Part shown: in pieces, positions 62,601 to 64,000 of the stretch | How positions within the stretch are numbered: the stretch's first letter is position 1 | Layout: every line of letters begins with the position of its first letter | Assembly: GCA_910585385.1 (NCBI GenBank) | Contig: CAJUDV010000010.1 | Location: 962 to 64,961, forward strand | Length of the DNA stretch: 64,000 nt | Direction: 5' to 3' | Source: an uncultured Oscillibacter sp. | Lineage (GTDB): Bacteria > Bacillota > Clostridia > Oscillospirales > Oscillospiraceae | Notes under the pieces: model-generated | Told to the model about the DNA's origin: nothing | The model's input: the letters and a program-made list of their open reading frames with translations, nothing else | Database searches by the model: none | Translations under genes and position numbers: made by a program

Positions 62601-63458
62601 TCAGATCTCGTCCTGCCGGTACTCGCCAAAGCCCTCGCCCAGCACGTCCCGGGCGTCGCATACGATGAGAAAGGCCCCCTCGTCCAGCTCGTGGACCTGG
62701 CGCTTGATGTCCACAATCTCCTTCTGCTTAAAGGCCACCAGCAGCACCCGCTTCTCGTCCCCGGTGTAGCCTCCCTCGCCGTGGAGGATGGTGACGCCCC
62801 GGCCCTGCCGGTCCATCAGAACCCCGGCGATCTCCCGCCACCTGTCGGAGATGATATAGGCCACCTTGGAGCTGTCCAGGCCGTAGAGCACGGTATCCGT
62901 CACCTGGCTGGAGACAAACATGGCCACAGCGCCGTACAGCGCCGCCTCCAGGCGGCCGAAGGCGATGGCCACCAGCACCAGGGCCGCCAGGTCCGGCACC
63001 AGCACCAGCTTACCCAGGGGCAGCCAGGGAAATTTCAGCTTCAAGAGGCGGCCGATGATGTCCGTGCCGCCGGTGGTGGCCCCCTGGGAGAACACCATGC
63101 CCAGCCCCAGACCCATCAGCGCGCCGCCGCAGAGGGAGGCCAGCATGGGGTCCATGGCGGAAAATCCCCCCATCCGCGTAAAGACGTCCATGGCGGCGGA
63201 GGTGACAAACATGGAGAACAGGGACGACGCCAGCAGATGGAATCCCAGCAGCTTCCAGCCCACCAGGAAGATGGGCACGTTCAGCACAAAGACGATCACG
63301 CCCACGGAGATCTGGGGCAGAAACACGTTGATGACCTGCCCCAGGCCGGTCATGCCGGCCATACCCACCTGATTCACCTCAAAAAACGCGCTGAACGCCA
63401 GGGAAAACAGCAGGGACCCCACAAAGACGATCCCATAGGTCCGCAGAAATTTTTTCAT
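62601..63458 (-). CDS. YitT family membrane protein (with C-terminal DUF2179)
   Basis: GSLLFSLAFSAFFEVNQVGMAGMTGLGQVI..., GGTDIIGRLL, C-terminal GVTILHGEGGYTG. RBS GGGAGGG. Confidence 0.8.
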   Translation of the reverse strand: MKKFLRTYGIVFVGSLLFSLAFSAFFEVNQVGMAGMTGLGQVINVFLPQISVGVIVFVLNVPIFLVGWKLLGFHLLASSLFSMFVTSAAMDVFTRMGGFSAMDPMLASLCGGALMGLGLGMVFSQGATTGGTDIIGRLLKLKFPWLPLGKLVLVPDLAALVLVAIAFGRLEAALYGAVAMFVSSQVTDTVLYGLDSSKVAYIISDRWREIAGVLMDRQGRGVTILHGEGGYTGDEKRVLLVAFKQKEIVDIKRQVHELDEGAFLIVCDARDVLGEGFGEYRQDEI

Positions 63459-63593
63459 TCAACCCTCCCGGTCCTTCCCGCCCCCGTTTTCCTGAGAAAA
63501 AACAGATCAAAGAGGACCTCTATTTCGCTCTTTAAAGTTGCCGCAATTCACAGGGCGGCCCTCCCACGCTTCCCGTATCGCCGCGGCAGGCTG

Positions 63594-64000
63594 TCAGCTC
63601 ATCTCCCCGTCCAGCAGGCCCAGCTGCTTCTCCTCGCTGTCCTCCTGCCGCAGCAGCGCCCCGGCGGCGGGGACGGCGCGCACCCGGTAGCGGCTCTGGT
63701 TGGCGATGCCCGTCTCCTCCAGGGGCGTCACCGCCTCCAGGCGGTACTTGGGCTTTAAGGTCATCACCGCCACGCCCTGGGTGGAGCGGGTGGTCTTGGG
63801 CGATAGCAGGGCCGTGTGGAAGATCAGGCACCGGGGCTCCGTGGAGTACACCGCCAGCTCCCGGTCCTCATCAATCCGGCAGATGCAGCACAGGGGGGAT
63901 TTGTCGGAGTAGGCCCCGGTGAGCTTGCGGCGGTTGGAGGTGGTCTTGTAGGCCGTCAGGTCCACCCGGGCGGCCTTGCCGTTTTCAAAGAAGAACAACA
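63594..64000 (-). CDS. DNA gyrase/topoisomerase IV subunit A, C-terminal part (5' end lies beyond the window edge)
   Basis: AYKTTSNRRKLTGAYSDKSPL...LLSPKTTRSTQGVAVMTLK resembles the C-terminal beta-pinwheel blades of clostridial ParC/GyrA. The ORF runs off the window. Confidence 0.6.
   Translation of the reverse strand, partial: LFFFENGKAARVDLTAYKTTSNRRKLTGAYSDKSPLCCICRIDEDRELAVYSTEPRCLIFHTALLSPKTTRSTQGVAVMTLKPKYRLEAVTPLEETGIANQSRYRVRAVPAAGALLRQEDSEEKQLGLLDGEMS

Noticed and set aside
1-64000. Prophage, integrative element, IS/transposase or a canonical defence island
   Set aside because: No integrase, transposase, capsid/terminase, restriction-modification, Cas, or known defence-system signature was recognisable in any frame. 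The only mobile-looking DNA is the non-autonomous inverted-repeat family.

Overview
This is a 64-kb chromosomal segment from a high-G+C Gram-positive anaerobe. Codon usage, AGGAGG-type ribosome-binding sites, a T-box, an S-box and SpoVK/DegV/YitT/TmcAL-type genes point to Clostridia, possibly Oscillospiraceae-like (inference only). About 60 genes can be supported, most of them housekeeping: tmcAL, metK behind a SAM-I riboswitch, dapF, sdaAB/sdaAA, argS, murI, glmM, and a five-gene Liv-type branched-chain amino-acid ABC transporter. There is also a TrpB2-type tryptophan synthase beta paralogue behind a Trp-specific T-box, a P-type ATPase, NSS, DAACS and NCS2 transporters, an ApbE/NusG-II/Gx cluster, one tRNA-Gly(GCC), and several PadR/TetR/XRE/YheO regulators. 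I saw no rRNA, CRISPR array, transposase, integrase or phage genes. The items most worth a second look are listed below.
1. An operon led by a ~1,600-aa HD + helical-repeat + nucleotidyltransferase + PRTase fusion protein, followed by an LDH-like dehydrogenase and a double flavodoxin-fold Fe-S flavoprotein.
2. A family of short inverted-repeat (MITE/REP-like) intergenic elements with at least six copies, two of which supply the stop codon of the upstream gene.
3. An XRE-HTH fused to a desulfoferrodoxin-like domain with an altered metal site.
4. A hairpin-rich segment next to tRNA-Gly that carries a second T-arm copy.
5. Several unexplained leaders, small ORFs and a low-G+C islet.
Motif coordinates were counted by hand and may be off by 1-2 nt. 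Gene starts are best guesses from RBS context.
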